This document shows, one piece after another, positions 39,650 to 51,856 of a stretch of 64,000 nucleotides of DNA. Every line of letters starts with the position of its first letter. The stretch's first letter is position 1. Origin of the DNA: Ignavibacteriales bacterium (GTDB lineage: Bacteria; Bacteroidota; Ignavibacteria; UBA10030; UBA6906); assembly GCA_037441705.1 (NCBI GenBank), contig JBBIRR010000001.1, forward strand, positions 226,447-290,446. The letters run 5' to 3'. The position numbers and the translations under genes are program-made. The notes below the pieces were generated by a model that had not been told where the DNA came from, searched no databases, and saw nothing but the letters and a program-made list of their open reading frames with translations.

Positions 39650-42076
39650 TCAGCGGAGACTTTCGATGTTGCTGATCTCCTTCAACAAATCCTTTTTGGT
39701 AAATGTTGATTTCCTCATCAGTCCCGCGACATAATTGCCGAGCTGCTGTTGCATCTCGTCGTCAATCTCCATCGAGGTAAGAATGATGATGGGAATCGAC
39801 CGCGTCGCGGGATTCTGTTTCAGCTGGTAGGCAACGCTGACGCCGGACATTTCCGGCATGATGAGGTCGAGAACAATAATGTCGGGCTTTTCGCGGAATG
39901 CAAGCTCAAGACCATCCTTCCCAGTATACGCCTTCACCACGTCGTAGCCCTCGTTGCCGAGGATCACCTCGATCAGATCGGTGGCGGCACGATCGTCGTC
40001 AATCACGAGAACCTTCGGGGCTCGCGCATCGGCGAGCGGCTGCAGGCGAATTCGATCCATCGCGGCAAGAAGCTCATCCTTACTTACCGGCTTGACGAAG
40101 TAGTCGACGGCACCGAGGCTGAAGCCGAGATTTTTCTCATCAATGATGGAAACGATGATGATCGGGATGTGCTTGCAGAGCGGATGGCGCTTCAATTCTT
40201 TCATCACCTGCCAGCCATCTTTGACGGGCAGCAGAAGATCGAGTGTAATGACGTTGGGATGGAACTCTTTGGCCTTCTCGATCGCCTCGGCACCGTCGTG
40301 GGCAATCTCGACCCGGTAGCCGGCAGATTCGATATACCGGCGCAAAAGCTCTGCTGCCTGCGGCGAATCCTCGACGATGAGCGCGAGGGGTTGCGTTCCC
40401 ACGCCGTCACGCATGCTCTCGCGTTTCAACGCGTCCAGCAACATCTCCGCCTGCTTCAGTCGCTCCGATGTTGCATCAATAACCAGCGGAATGCGGAAGC
40501 GAACCGTCGTACCTTTTCCGTACTCGCTGTCGATCTCGATGGACCCCCCGTGCAGCTCAACAAGCTTTTTGCTGATGGCCAAACCCAGGCCGATTCCCTG
40601 ATGATTCATGGTGCGCCCGTGCGCGGCCTGCCGGAATGGTTTGAACAGGTGCGGCAGCTCTTCGGGCTTGATGCCAATCCCCTCATCCTGCACTTCGTAC
40701 TGGATATCGTTCCCCACACGCGCTGAGGTCACCACAACCCGTCCGCCCGGCCTGCTGAACTTGATGGCGTTCGAGACAAGGTTGAGGAGGATCTGACGGA
40801 ACCGCGTCTGGTCAACGACGATTTCATCAAACTCCGGTGAGAACCGGATGTCCAGCTCGATCTCCTTTTCTTTCAGTTGCGCTGCAAGTACTCTGCGAAG
40901 ACTCTCCTCGAAGTAGGAGATCGGGTAGCTGGCAATGTGCAGCTCCATCCTACCCGCTTCGATCTTGGACAGGTCGAGAATATCGTTGATGATTTGCTGA
41001 AGATGCTTCCCGCTGGCGTTGATGTTTTTCATGAATTCCTGAATCGCCTCGGGCGCAAGCCCATCGAACTGCGTTGTCAGCAGATCTGAAAACCCGATGA
41101 TGGAATTGAGAGGGGAACGAAGTTCGTGGCTGAACATCGCGAGGAATTTCTTCAGCGTATCGCTCGCCTCCTGTGTCTTCTGCGTTTGCTGCTCCAGTTC
41201 CACGTTCTTCCGCCGCAGCTCGTCAATCAGGCGCTTGCGGCTCATGCCGCTGGCAAGTTCATTCGCAACGACGGAGAGAATCTTCAATTCTTCTTCGACG
41301 AAATCTTTCTCCTTGATCGTCATGACTTCCAACACCCCTTGCACCTCGTCCTGCACGAGCAGCGGAATGACAATGAGGGACTTCAGCCGCATCCTGGTGA
41401 TTTCGTCGGCAAACAACTCCGCCACGGAGCTTTCGAGAACGTCGCTCGTGACGATCGTGCGTTTGGTGAATGCCGCCTGCGCAGGAAGGAAGTACGCGTT
41501 CTCTCGCACAGCCTGGTGAACGATCTCCGGCGAAAACTCCGCGTCGAACAGCGTGGGCGCAACGAGACGCACTTCGTTGCCTTTCGGGTCGTACAAATAC
41601 ACGCAGACGAATTTCGCGGGAATCTCGAACATCCGCGCAATCTTTTCCGCCACCTGCACGCACAACTCGTCGAGATGCACCGACGAGTTGATGGCTTTCG
41701 ACACCTCAACAAGAATTTCCTTCTCTCGTTGGTCTTTTTTCTTCTCGGTCACATCCTGAAAGAACACCGAGAGACCATCAGCCGTCGGATAGATGCGAAT
41801 GTCGTACCACGCTTCGAACCTCTCATCTTTGTATGCCGTCTCGAGATTCTGGAATGTCTTCGTATCCATTGCGAGCTGGTACTTGTCGCCAAGCGGCGTG
41901 CCCTTGGCGTTGGGGAAGACTTCGAAGACACTCTTGCCAAGAACCTCCTGAGCCGAAAGTCCGGTGCCCACCTCCGCCGCGTGATTCCAATACGTTATCC
42001 GATACTGCTCGTCCAGCGCAAAGAATCCCCCACTAATGCTCTCCAGAATGTTTTCGTATTGACTCAGGTCCAGCAT
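39650..42076 (-). CDS. Cytoplasmic hybrid sensor histidine kinase (PAS-GAF-HisKA-HATPase_c-REC-REC)
   Basis: PAS (RITYWNHAAEVGTG). GAF-like region. H-box FSHELRSPLNSIIGFS. N/G boxes (LVSNAIKFS; QDEGIGI; GIGLGLAI). Two receiver domains (LALIVEDS...ITLDLLLP and VLVIDDD...IVLDLIMP). No TM segment. Confidence 0.85.
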   Translation of the reverse strand: MLDLSQYENILESISGGFFALDEQYRITYWNHAAEVGTGLSAQEVLGKSVFEVFPNAKGTPLGDKYQLAMDTKTFQNLETAYKDERFEAWYDIRIYPTADGLSVFFQDVTEKKKDQREKEILVEVSKAINSSVHLDELCVQVAEKIARMFEIPAKFVCVYLYDPKGNEVRLVAPTLFDAEFSPEIVHQAVRENAYFLPAQAAFTKRTIVTSDVLESSVAELFADEITRMRLKSLIVIPLLVQDEVQGVLEVMTIKEKDFVEEELKILSVVANELASGMSRKRLIDELRRKNVELEQQTQKTQEASDTLKKFLAMFSHELRSPLNSIIGFSDLLTTQFDGLAPEAIQEFMKNINASGKHLQQIINDILDLSKIEAGRMELHIASYPISYFEESLRRVLAAQLKEKEIELDIRFSPEFDEIVVDQTRFRQILLNLVSNAIKFSRPGGRVVVTSARVGNDIQYEVQDEGIGIKPEELPHLFKPFRQAAHGRTMNHQGIGLGLAISKKLVELHGGSIEIDSEYGKGTTVRFRIPLVIDATSERLKQAEMLLDALKRESMRDGVGTQPLALIVEDSPQAAELLRRYIESAGYRVEIAHDGAEAIEKAKEFHPNVITLDLLLPVKDGWQVMKELKRHPLCKHIPIIIVSIIDEKNLGFSLGAVDYFVKPVSKDELLAAMDRIRLQPLADARAPKVLVIDDDRAATDLIEVILGNEGYDVVKAYTGKDGLELAFREKPDIIVLDLIMPEMSGVSVAYQLKQNPATRSIPIIILTSMEIDDEMQQQLGNYVAGLMRKSTFTKKDLLKEISNIESLR

Positions 42077-42245
42077 GAATTCCTCGAATTCAAATGGAGG
42101 GTCAAAAAATCTTCCCCAATAAATTGAGGAAAACCGAGAAATGCAAGTGATTTGTTAGATGGTGTGATGTAAGTCTATATTTTACAACAGATTCGCAAAC
42201 CCCCAGAACCGGAGAGTCAAGCTTGGAACTGGGGCGTCTTGGTTG

Positions 42246-45200
42246 TTAAAATTTGCATCCGGTGGGAAGGAACGGACAAACCGAGCACGGCCTGCCGTTC
42301 CTTTTGAACTCGCCCGCTCGTATGCGCGCGATGATCGAGCGAACTTGCTGCTCGTGCGCTTCAAGGTCGCTCGAAGTGAACTCAAAGCGAGCGGGCTTCT
42401 CAACCAGCTCGCTGAACAGGATGCACGCGCGAACGCGGGAGCAGGAGAAAAACTTGCGGATGAGAAGCGCGTAGAATTTTATCTGCGGCTCGTACTGCTC
42501 GATCTTCTCCTGCCGCGTTTCGTCTGTCACCGAATCAGTTTTGAAATCGAGCACGGTCCACACACCGTCGCTGTCTCGATACACTCTGTCCAACGTTCCC
42601 AGCAGGATATCCTGATCAAGCCGGGCAGCGATGGTGAACTCCGTGCGGCTCTCGCTTCCGCGCTGAAGCTCCTTCCAGAATTCCGAGTGCATCACTTCCA
42701 GCACGGTGTCGGTAAGCGCGTCGAGTTCGATTGACGGTTCGGCGAGAATCGAGTACGAGTCTCGTGCAATGAACTGTTTCAGCTCTTGCCGAATCTTGCT
42801 GCGATCATCGCCGATCGTTTCGATGTGCTGCATGACGTGATGGAATGCGCGGCCGCGCAAGTCCCGCGGGATATCCACATCCGCTTCGTCTTCCTCGTGC
42901 CGATCGTTGAAGAGCCGCACTGTAGAGCCTGGCAATCCGGCAACATAACGGAGATAATACTTTGAAGGGCATTCGACGTACGTCCGGATTTTGCTTGCCG
43001 AGAACACTTCGTTCCCCTCTCCCGCGAGAATCGGCTCGAGATGGACGCGCACCGGAGGCTCAGGCTGACGCTCCTCGCTCACTTCGACCGTTGGAGTCCA
43101 CGCCAGATCCCTCGGCCGTACCACATACACGGGCAGTTGATGGGCGACGGATTCTGCCTCATACTGACCACTGCACACGCGCAAGCACGCGGTACGAACG
43201 TCGAAGGATATCTGCGACACATCGGCGTCGGGATCGAACTCCAGCGCCGTCACGAGCCAGGAGAGGCAATTTGATGAAGGCTTGACCCACGCCGACGCAG
43301 ACAGCACAAGCAGGTCGCGCGCGCGCGTGCATGCGACGTAGAACACCCGCTTCTCTTCAGCGACAGTCTTGGCCCGAGCTTTCTTCTTGACAAACTCCAC
43401 GATGGGAATGGATTGCTTGTCTTTTTCCGCAGGCGAGACTGCCAGGCCGAGCTGCTCGTCGACGAACGGCTCTTTATCGAGCAAAAACGTCCTCTCCAGC
43501 GAAGGCAGAACAACAACCGGAAACTCAAGTCCTTTCGCCGAGTGAATGGTCATGATTCTCACGGCATCGGCATCAACATCCACCAGAGCCTGGCCTTCCT
43601 CTTCCTGTTCGTCAATAAGGCGCTGCAACCGTGCCGTGAAGTCATAGAGCGTTGTGAAACCTCGGTCGGCGTACTCGCGGGCAACGCGCTTGAGCTTCTC
43701 GATATTTGCGAGCATCTGCCCGGCGCGGGGCATTCCCGCTGCAAAGCCGACGTATGCGGTTTGTTCCATAATACGATCGATCAACTCCGGAACGGTGAGC
43801 CGCGCGGCGACCTCAAGGTCCTCGCGCAGGAACGCGGCCGCGCGTACAAGGGCCGGAAAGCGATCGAGCGACGACCCGGAGGACGTCATCGCGTCCCACC
43901 ACGAGCCGTGGTTCTTCTTCAATCGAAACTCTAACAGCTCCGCATCCGAGACGTTGAAAAACGGTGAGCGTAAAATTCCCACCAGCGCGACATCATCCTC
44001 CGCGTTGAGCAAGAAGCGGCAGTAGTGAAAGAAGTCGTACACCGCCTGCGTCTGAAAATAACCAACCCCTCCACTTACCATGTACGGAACGCGATTGCGC
44101 AACAATGCCTGCTCCAGCCTGTCGAGGCCTGTTCGACTCCGCAGAAGGATGGCAATATCCTTGAAGCGAATCGGATGGGGAGTTTCTTCCTTGCCAAAAA
44201 TCGTATACCGATCGTTCCGCAGTTGAAGAATACGCCGGCCAATCATTTCTTCTTGCGACATCGCATCGGTTGCCGTCGGGTCGGGAGATGGCGGCACGAG
44301 AAGCTCGACGCGACCCGGCGCGTCGTTCTGCCGGCCGCAGATGAGCGGCTCGTAGGAGACTTCGTCCTCATCCTTCATGACGGAAGAGAAGAGCAGATTG
44401 ATGAACGCTGCCACATCGCGCAGCGGCCTGAAACTCTCGCCCAGCGTCACCGCACTCTCAGGTCCCGACGCCTGCAGGATGTCCCGCTTGGTACGGTTGA
44501 AGACCGTGACGTCCGCATCCCGAAAGCCGTAGATGGATTGCTTCGGGTCGCCGACGATGCAGAGATTGCCTTTGCTCAGATCGGACAGAAGCGGAAGCAG
44601 GATCTCGTATTGCAGGAGATTTGTGTCTTGATACTCATCCACCATGATGTACTTGAAGCGCTGGGAGAGTTTCTGTCGGACCTTTTCGTTTGTGAGAAGC
44701 ATCTTTGTCCGCAGTTGCAAATCGTCGAAGTCCAGAAACGCATGCTCAGCCTTCGCTTGGGAGTATCGCTCTATAACATCGCGATACACGTCGAGCAGCA
44801 GCCGAGTTTGGCGCAGAAGGTCGCGATGGTGCGCGTCGTCCTCGTCCGAAAGAGGCTGGATGCGATGCCGCCGGTCCTGCACACAGGTGGCTGCCTCTTC
44901 GAGGGACAGGCTCGACCCGGAGAAGACTTTCTTCCTTAACTCTCCCTTTTTCGTGAGCATCGCGTCGATGAGTCGATCCAGGGCCGAGAGGCGTTCGTAC
45001 AACGCGGTGCTTTGGAAAAAAGCGGCCAACGCCGCGCTAACGGCTCTCCTCTCCGTTCCTTTCACCGCTTCCGCGAGAAGGTGAAGGTTGTGTGCCAGCG
45101 ACGGATCCTCCAGTTCGCGGCGGGCTGCGTCGGTCAGCGTTGAGCGCCAGAACGTCAAGACCTCCTCATCGCTGCGCGCAAAAAGGCCGCCGGCACACAG

Positions 45201-45758
45201 CCAACGGTCAACCACCTCACGCTTGTTCACGAGAGCATAGACGGCATCCAGCACTTTCTTTTTTCCTAACGAACGCAGAAGATCAAGCAGCGCTTCCCGA
45301 TCAATGCCTCGGTGCTTGTTGGAGAGAATGGTTTCAAATGTTTCTTTCACCGCGGCTTCGAGGAAAACCCGCCTGTCGATTTCCTCAAGAACGGAAAAGG
45401 CTGCGTCGACGTCGGCTTCGACGGGATACTCACGGAGAATGCGTGAGCAGAAGGAATGAATCGTGTCGATCAGAGCGCCGGAGAGTTCTTCGCGCAGTTC
45501 TTCAAGCCTGACGCGGGCTTGAGGGTCTCGCTCAACGGCAACCCGCTCGGCAACCTTCGTTGCTATCTTGCTTTTCAGCTCGCTCGCGGCTTTTTCCGTG
45601 AAGGTAATTGCAACGACTTCGCTGACGTGGGCCTTGCCGCTGACGATGAGCGACACGTAGCGCTCCACGAGCACCAGCGTTTTGCCGGAGCCTGCATTGG
45701 CGGTCACCGAGAGATGATGCGTCGTTTCGAGCGCGTGTTGTTGTGAGCGGGTAAGCAT
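42246..45758 (-). CDS. AddA-like UvrD-family helicase fused to a C-terminal Fe-S PD-(D/E)xK (Cas4/AddB-like) nuclease
   Basis: Walker A ANAGSGKTLVL, UvrD motifs (YIMVDEYQDTN, TIHSAKGLEFPVVVL). C-terminal YVECP...VLDFKTD...CSVCPFLPTGCKF (D-x-K plus a Cys cluster). 1170 aa. Confidence 0.75.
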   Translation of the reverse strand: MLTRSQQHALETTHHLSVTANAGSGKTLVLVERYVSLIVSGKAHVSEVVAITFTEKAASELKSKIATKVAERVAVERDPQARVRLEELREELSGALIDTIHSFCSRILREYPVEADVDAAFSVLEEIDRRVFLEAAVKETFETILSNKHRGIDREALLDLLRSLGKKKVLDAVYALVNKREVVDRWLCAGGLFARSDEEVLTFWRSTLTDAARRELEDPSLAHNLHLLAEAVKGTERRAVSAALAAFFQSTALYERLSALDRLIDAMLTKKGELRKKVFSGSSLSLEEAATCVQDRRHRIQPLSDEDDAHHRDLLRQTRLLLDVYRDVIERYSQAKAEHAFLDFDDLQLRTKMLLTNEKVRQKLSQRFKYIMVDEYQDTNLLQYEILLPLLSDLSKGNLCIVGDPKQSIYGFRDADVTVFNRTKRDILQASGPESAVTLGESFRPLRDVAAFINLLFSSVMKDEDEVSYEPLICGRQNDAPGRVELLVPPSPDPTATDAMSQEEMIGRRILQLRNDRYTIFGKEETPHPIRFKDIAILLRSRTGLDRLEQALLRNRVPYMVSGGVGYFQTQAVYDFFHYCRFLLNAEDDVALVGILRSPFFNVSDAELLEFRLKKNHGSWWDAMTSSGSSLDRFPALVRAAAFLREDLEVAARLTVPELIDRIMEQTAYVGFAAGMPRAGQMLANIEKLKRVAREYADRGFTTLYDFTARLQRLIDEQEEEGQALVDVDADAVRIMTIHSAKGLEFPVVVLPSLERTFLLDKEPFVDEQLGLAVSPAEKDKQSIPIVEFVKKKARAKTVAEEKRVFYVACTRARDLLVLSASAWVKPSSNCLSWLVTALEFDPDADVSQISFDVRTACLRVCSGQYEAESVAHQLPVYVVRPRDLAWTPTVEVSEERQPEPPVRVHLEPILAGEGNEVFSASKIRTYVECPSKYYLRYVAGLPGSTVRLFNDRHEEDEADVDIPRDLRGRAFHHVMQHIETIGDDRSKIRQELKQFIARDSYSILAEPSIELDALTDTVLEVMHSEFWKELQRGSESRTEFTIAARLDQDILLGTLDRVYRDSDGVWTVLDFKTDSVTDETRQEKIEQYEPQIKFYALLIRKFFSCSRVRACILFSELVEKPARFEFTSSDLEAHEQQVRSIIARIRAGEFKRNGRPCSVCPFLPTGCKF

Positions 45759-45806
45759 AACCTAAGATAGCGGAAGCGGGAGTGACGTTCAACGCGTCGG
45801 GTCGCC

Positions 45807-46817
45807 TCACCCCCGTTTCAACAAATAGACGAACAACGGAGCCCCGATGGCTGCCGTCACTGCGCCGACGGGAATTTCGGCTGGAGCCAGCAGCGTTCGC
45901 GCAAGCACATCGGCAAGGATCATGAAGCTTGCCCCGGCAAGCATGGAGGCGGGCAGCAGCGCTCGATGGTCCGGCCCGAACAGCATCCGGCATACATGCG
46001 GGATAATCAATCCGACAAACCCGATCACGCCGCTGACCGAGACCGCCAGCCCCGTGATGAAGGAGGCGAGCAGGTACGACACGCGCTTGACGCGGCGGAC
46101 TTCTACCCCGAGCTGCAGCGCGGTCTCATCTCCTGTGGCGATCAGATTGTAGTTTTTCGCCTGAAGAATCAACGCAGCCGATGTGAGAAAGACCGGTGGG
46201 CCAACGACCGATAACGCGCTGAGCGTAGCGCCGCCGAGGTTTCCCATCAACCAAAAAAACGCGTTGCGTAGCTCTTGATGGACAACCGCGACGATCAGCA
46301 GCACCGCCGCGTTAAAGAAAGCCCCCACCATCACGCCCGAGAGAAGAAGCGTATGGGTATCCAGATGGCCGTGACGCTGGGCGAGCGCATAGACCAACAC
46401 GGTAACGAGCAGCGAACCGATGAACGACGCGAGCGGCGTCGTGATCGTACTCAATCCCACCCCCAGGCTGATGGCGAGGATCGCCCCAACCGTCCCGCCG
46501 CTGGAGATGCCGAGAATGTACGGCTCCGCCAGCGGGTTGCGCAACAAGGCTTGAAACACCGCTCCGGCTATCGAAAGTCCTGCCCCAACAACAACGGCCA
46601 GCAGCACACGCGGTAATCTGATCTCGAGAATGATCGTGCGTGTCGCGGTGTCCACGCTCGACGCGGAAACGAACGTACCGACGACATCGGCAAAAGGAAC
46701 AGCAATGCTGCCGACGGAGAGGCCGACGAGAAGTGCGCCGACCAGAAGCAGCAACAACCCGGCAAGGAGGGCAGCCGTTGCTCGAAGGGTAAGAGGAACC
46801 ACGCGGACAGGGGGCAT
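45807..46817 (-). CDS. FecCD/BtuC-family ABC transporter permease (iron-siderophore/B12 type)
   Basis: 10-TM permease with FecCD conserved regions (ILGISSGG, LLLSGVMVGAFF, GLIIPH). No adjacent ATPase or substrate-binding gene. Confidence 0.75.
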   Translation of the reverse strand: MPPVRVVPLTLRATAALLAGLLLLLVGALLVGLSVGSIAVPFADVVGTFVSASSVDTATRTIILEIRLPRVLLAVVVGAGLSIAGAVFQALLRNPLAEPYILGISSGGTVGAILAISLGVGLSTITTPLASFIGSLLVTVLVYALAQRHGHLDTHTLLLSGVMVGAFFNAAVLLIVAVVHQELRNAFFWLMGNLGGATLSALSVVGPPVFLTSAALILQAKNYNLIATGDETALQLGVEVRRVKRVSYLLASFITGLAVSVSGVIGFVGLIIPHVCRMLFGPDHRALLPASMLAGASFMILADVLARTLLAPAEIPVGAVTAAIGAPLFVYLLKRG

Positions 46818-46820
46818 CGC

Positions 46821-49402
<2,582 letters not shown>

Positions 49403-49495
49403 GATGTGAGCTGCGGTGATGTGAGTTGTTTGTTGGCTGTCGCAAGATACGAAACTTTCGGGACGGGGGAAACCTTGCGCCTCACAATTCTTGTC

Positions 49496-50965
49496 TCATT
49501 TCTCCTCATAGCGGACCACGGATACGCCGTGATCCTCTAAGCAGTAGCCTACCGCATGTTCGATAAACGGCTTTGCCCGACCGAGACAGAAAACCTTGTA
49601 TCCACGGCGCTGCATTGTGCGGAGTTCTTCGGCGAAAAGATAGGGCAGAAACACGACTGACGGGTCGCGCCGCTGCGCAGCCAGACGGTGGAGCGCACTC
49701 GAGGTAAGGCTCTGAAGCCCCTGAAACTCGCCGTCCGGCTCGATCAGCACAAGGCGATCGTTCTCGAACCAGAACGCCGATCCCCCTCCGGTCATGACGA
49801 TGCTTCGCGACGGATACGGATAGGAAGAGAAGTACTCCCGCTCGCGCAGCAGGCGGGGGCGATTCTGAAATTCCTCGAGCACCATCCCCGCATGAACCGT
49901 CAAGCCGAACTCTTTCCGTTCATCCGTCCGTCTCACGACATCGATACTGAGAAGTCCGTGCAGGACGAGCACCAGCGTAAATGCCGCGAGCGCGGCCTTC
50001 GACAGAAACGCATCTGCTAACAACAGTACAAAGGGAAGCATCGGAAGAAGATATGCGCGCTCAAGAGGGATCCAGAGAAAAAGCAGCAAGAAGGTGATGA
50101 TCGCTGTCAGAGATGGTATCGTGCGGGCATCGAGCGAGCGAATCTCATGAACGATTCTCTTCCTCTCCCGGAGCAGTCCTATGAGCAGCAGGCCGCCGGC
50201 GAGCGGCCCGAAGAAGTACGTCGAACGATAGAGGAATGCTTCGATGCGCTGTCTCGCCGTGAAGCTGATGTCGCTCATTTCCCACCGTGTGTGTTCTATC
50301 CATTCGATCACACCGCCGTACCGCATGATCACGGGAAGGAATGTGAGAGCTACGACGGCGCCGGCAACGGCACAGCACAGCAGAATCTTTTTCCCTTCCA
50401 CCTTCTCAACAGCCGCGTACGCGACCAGAGGAAGCATGATGAGAAGGTTGGGAAGACGAAAGCCCGCGGCCAGACCGATCATCAGGCCCGCCCAATCAAC
50501 ACGCCGTTCGAGTGTTAGGAGAAGGGCAAGAAGGATGAACAGAAGAGACCAGACGTAATCGAGGGTGACGGCGGAGTGCTGCCAGAACACGGGCGCGCCG
50601 GCAAACGCAACCAGAAGCACGACGGGAGAGTTCGCTCGAGTGCGAACGATGTTCCACCAGACTACAACGCAACACAGCGCGGCGACAAGCGTCGCGGCGT
50701 TCGAGAGTATCGAACCGCCCCAACCGACTGCCGGAGCCATGAGCATCTCATGCAGAGGATACCCGGGAAGCCGCGACTCTACATACGTTCCTGAATGCCA
50801 GAGTGTAGACGCGGCACTCCCCACCAGCCACGCATCAGGATCGGAACCATATCCGGCGAAGAGAAACGGAATGCGGGTGAGAACGACGGCAGCGAGCGTC
50901 AGCTCGAGGAGATGGCGCTGAAGAAAACTCTCACCGGACCTGCCGCTGCGAATAGGAGTAGCCAT
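49496..50965 (-). CDS. Putative GT-C-fold membrane glycosyltransferase (ArnT/PMT-like)
   Basis: About 11 TM helices in the N-terminal 330 aa, with a DxD-like DPDAW loop and aromatic/Gly periplasmic loops resembling GT39/GT83. A soluble C-terminal domain follows. Confidence 0.45.
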   Translation of the reverse strand: MATPIRSGRSGESFLQRHLLELTLAAVVLTRIPFLFAGYGSDPDAWLVGSAASTLWHSGTYVESRLPGYPLHEMLMAPAVGWGGSILSNAATLVAALCCVVVWWNIVRTRANSPVVLLVAFAGAPVFWQHSAVTLDYVWSLLFILLALLLTLERRVDWAGLMIGLAAGFRLPNLLIMLPLVAYAAVEKVEGKKILLCCAVAGAVVALTFLPVIMRYGGVIEWIEHTRWEMSDISFTARQRIEAFLYRSTYFFGPLAGGLLLIGLLRERKRIVHEIRSLDARTIPSLTAIITFLLLFLWIPLERAYLLPMLPFVLLLADAFLSKAALAAFTLVLVLHGLLSIDVVRRTDERKEFGLTVHAGMVLEEFQNRPRLLREREYFSSYPYPSRSIVMTGGGSAFWFENDRLVLIEPDGEFQGLQSLTSSALHRLAAQRRDPSVVFLPYLFAEELRTMQRRGYKVFCLGRAKPFIEHAVGYCLEDHGVSVVRYEEK

Positions 50966-51039
50966 GCCCTACATGTTTTGATCGGCAGCCCGGCAGCGCT
51001 CACCGCCGATCGTGGACGAACAGAGACGTGCGGCAACGC

Positions 51040-51837
51040 TCAGCCGACTCCGCCTGCGGCACTACTTTTTTCCTCGATCATTTTCGCGCGCAGGTACTCC
51101 CGGTTCAGGCGGGCGATATGCGCGACGGAGATTTGCTTCGGGCACTCGGCCTCGCACGCGTACGTGTTCGAACAGCTGCCGAATCCCTCCTCGTCCATTT
51201 GCGCAACCATGGCTTCGACGCGCGCTTTGCGCTCGGCGTGTCCTTGCGGCAGCAGCGCAAGATGAGAAACCTTCGCCGCGACGAACAACATCGCCGAGCC
51301 GTTCTTGCACGCCGCGACGCACGCGCCGCAGCCAATGCATGCCGCGGCATCGAACGCCTCATCGGCAATGGGTTTGGGAATGGGGATCGTGTTGGCATCG
51401 GGCGCGCCGCCGGTGCGTACCGAGATGAAGCCGCCCGCCGCCATGATCCGATCGAAGGCGGAACGGTCAACAACGAGATCCTTGATGACGGGAAACGGTT
51501 TGGCGCGCCATGGCTCGACGACAATCGTCTCGCCGTCCTTGAACGATCGCATGTGCAGCTGGCACGCCGTTACGCCGCGCAGCGGGCCGTGTGCCCGTCC
51601 GTTGATGTACAAACTGCATGTGCCGCAGATGCCCTCGCGACAATCGTGGTCGAACGCGATGGCCTCCTCCCCTTTGTGGACAAGCTCAAGGTTCAGGAGA
51701 TCGAGCATCTCCAGAAACGACATGTCGGGCGAAACGTTGGGCATTGTGTAGGTGACAAACTTCCCGGGGGAAGTTCGATCTTTCTGTCTCCAGATTTTCA
51801 GCGTGATCGTCATTGAATGTTCGGCCATGAGATGCAA
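51040..51837 (-). CDS. sdhB: Succinate dehydrogenase/fumarate reductase iron-sulfur subunit
   Basis: 2Fe-2S ([10 protein letters not shown]), 4Fe-4S ([11 protein letters not shown]) and 3Fe-4S ([12 protein letters not shown]) cysteine clusters. Confidence 0.9.
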   Translation of the reverse strand: MHLMAEHSMTITLKIWRQKDRTSPGKFVTYTMPNVSPDMSFLEMLDLLNLELVHKGEEAIAFDHDCREGICGTCSLYINGRAHGPLRGVTACQLHMRSFKDGETIVVEPWRAKPFPVIKDLVVDRSAFDRIMAAGGFISVRTGGAPDANTIPIPKPIADEAFDAAACIGCGACVAACKNGSAMLFVAAKVSHLALLPQGHAERKARVEAMVAQMDEEGFGSCSNTYACEAECPKQISVAHIARLNREYLRAKMIEEKSSAAGGVG

Positions 51838-51856
51838 CTCCTTGGGTTCTATGGTG

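Noticed and set aside
39749-42127. Plus-strand ORFs 39749-40726 and 41126-42127
   Set aside because: Antisense to the hybrid histidine kinase. No domains, with high-GC codon-bias artefacts.
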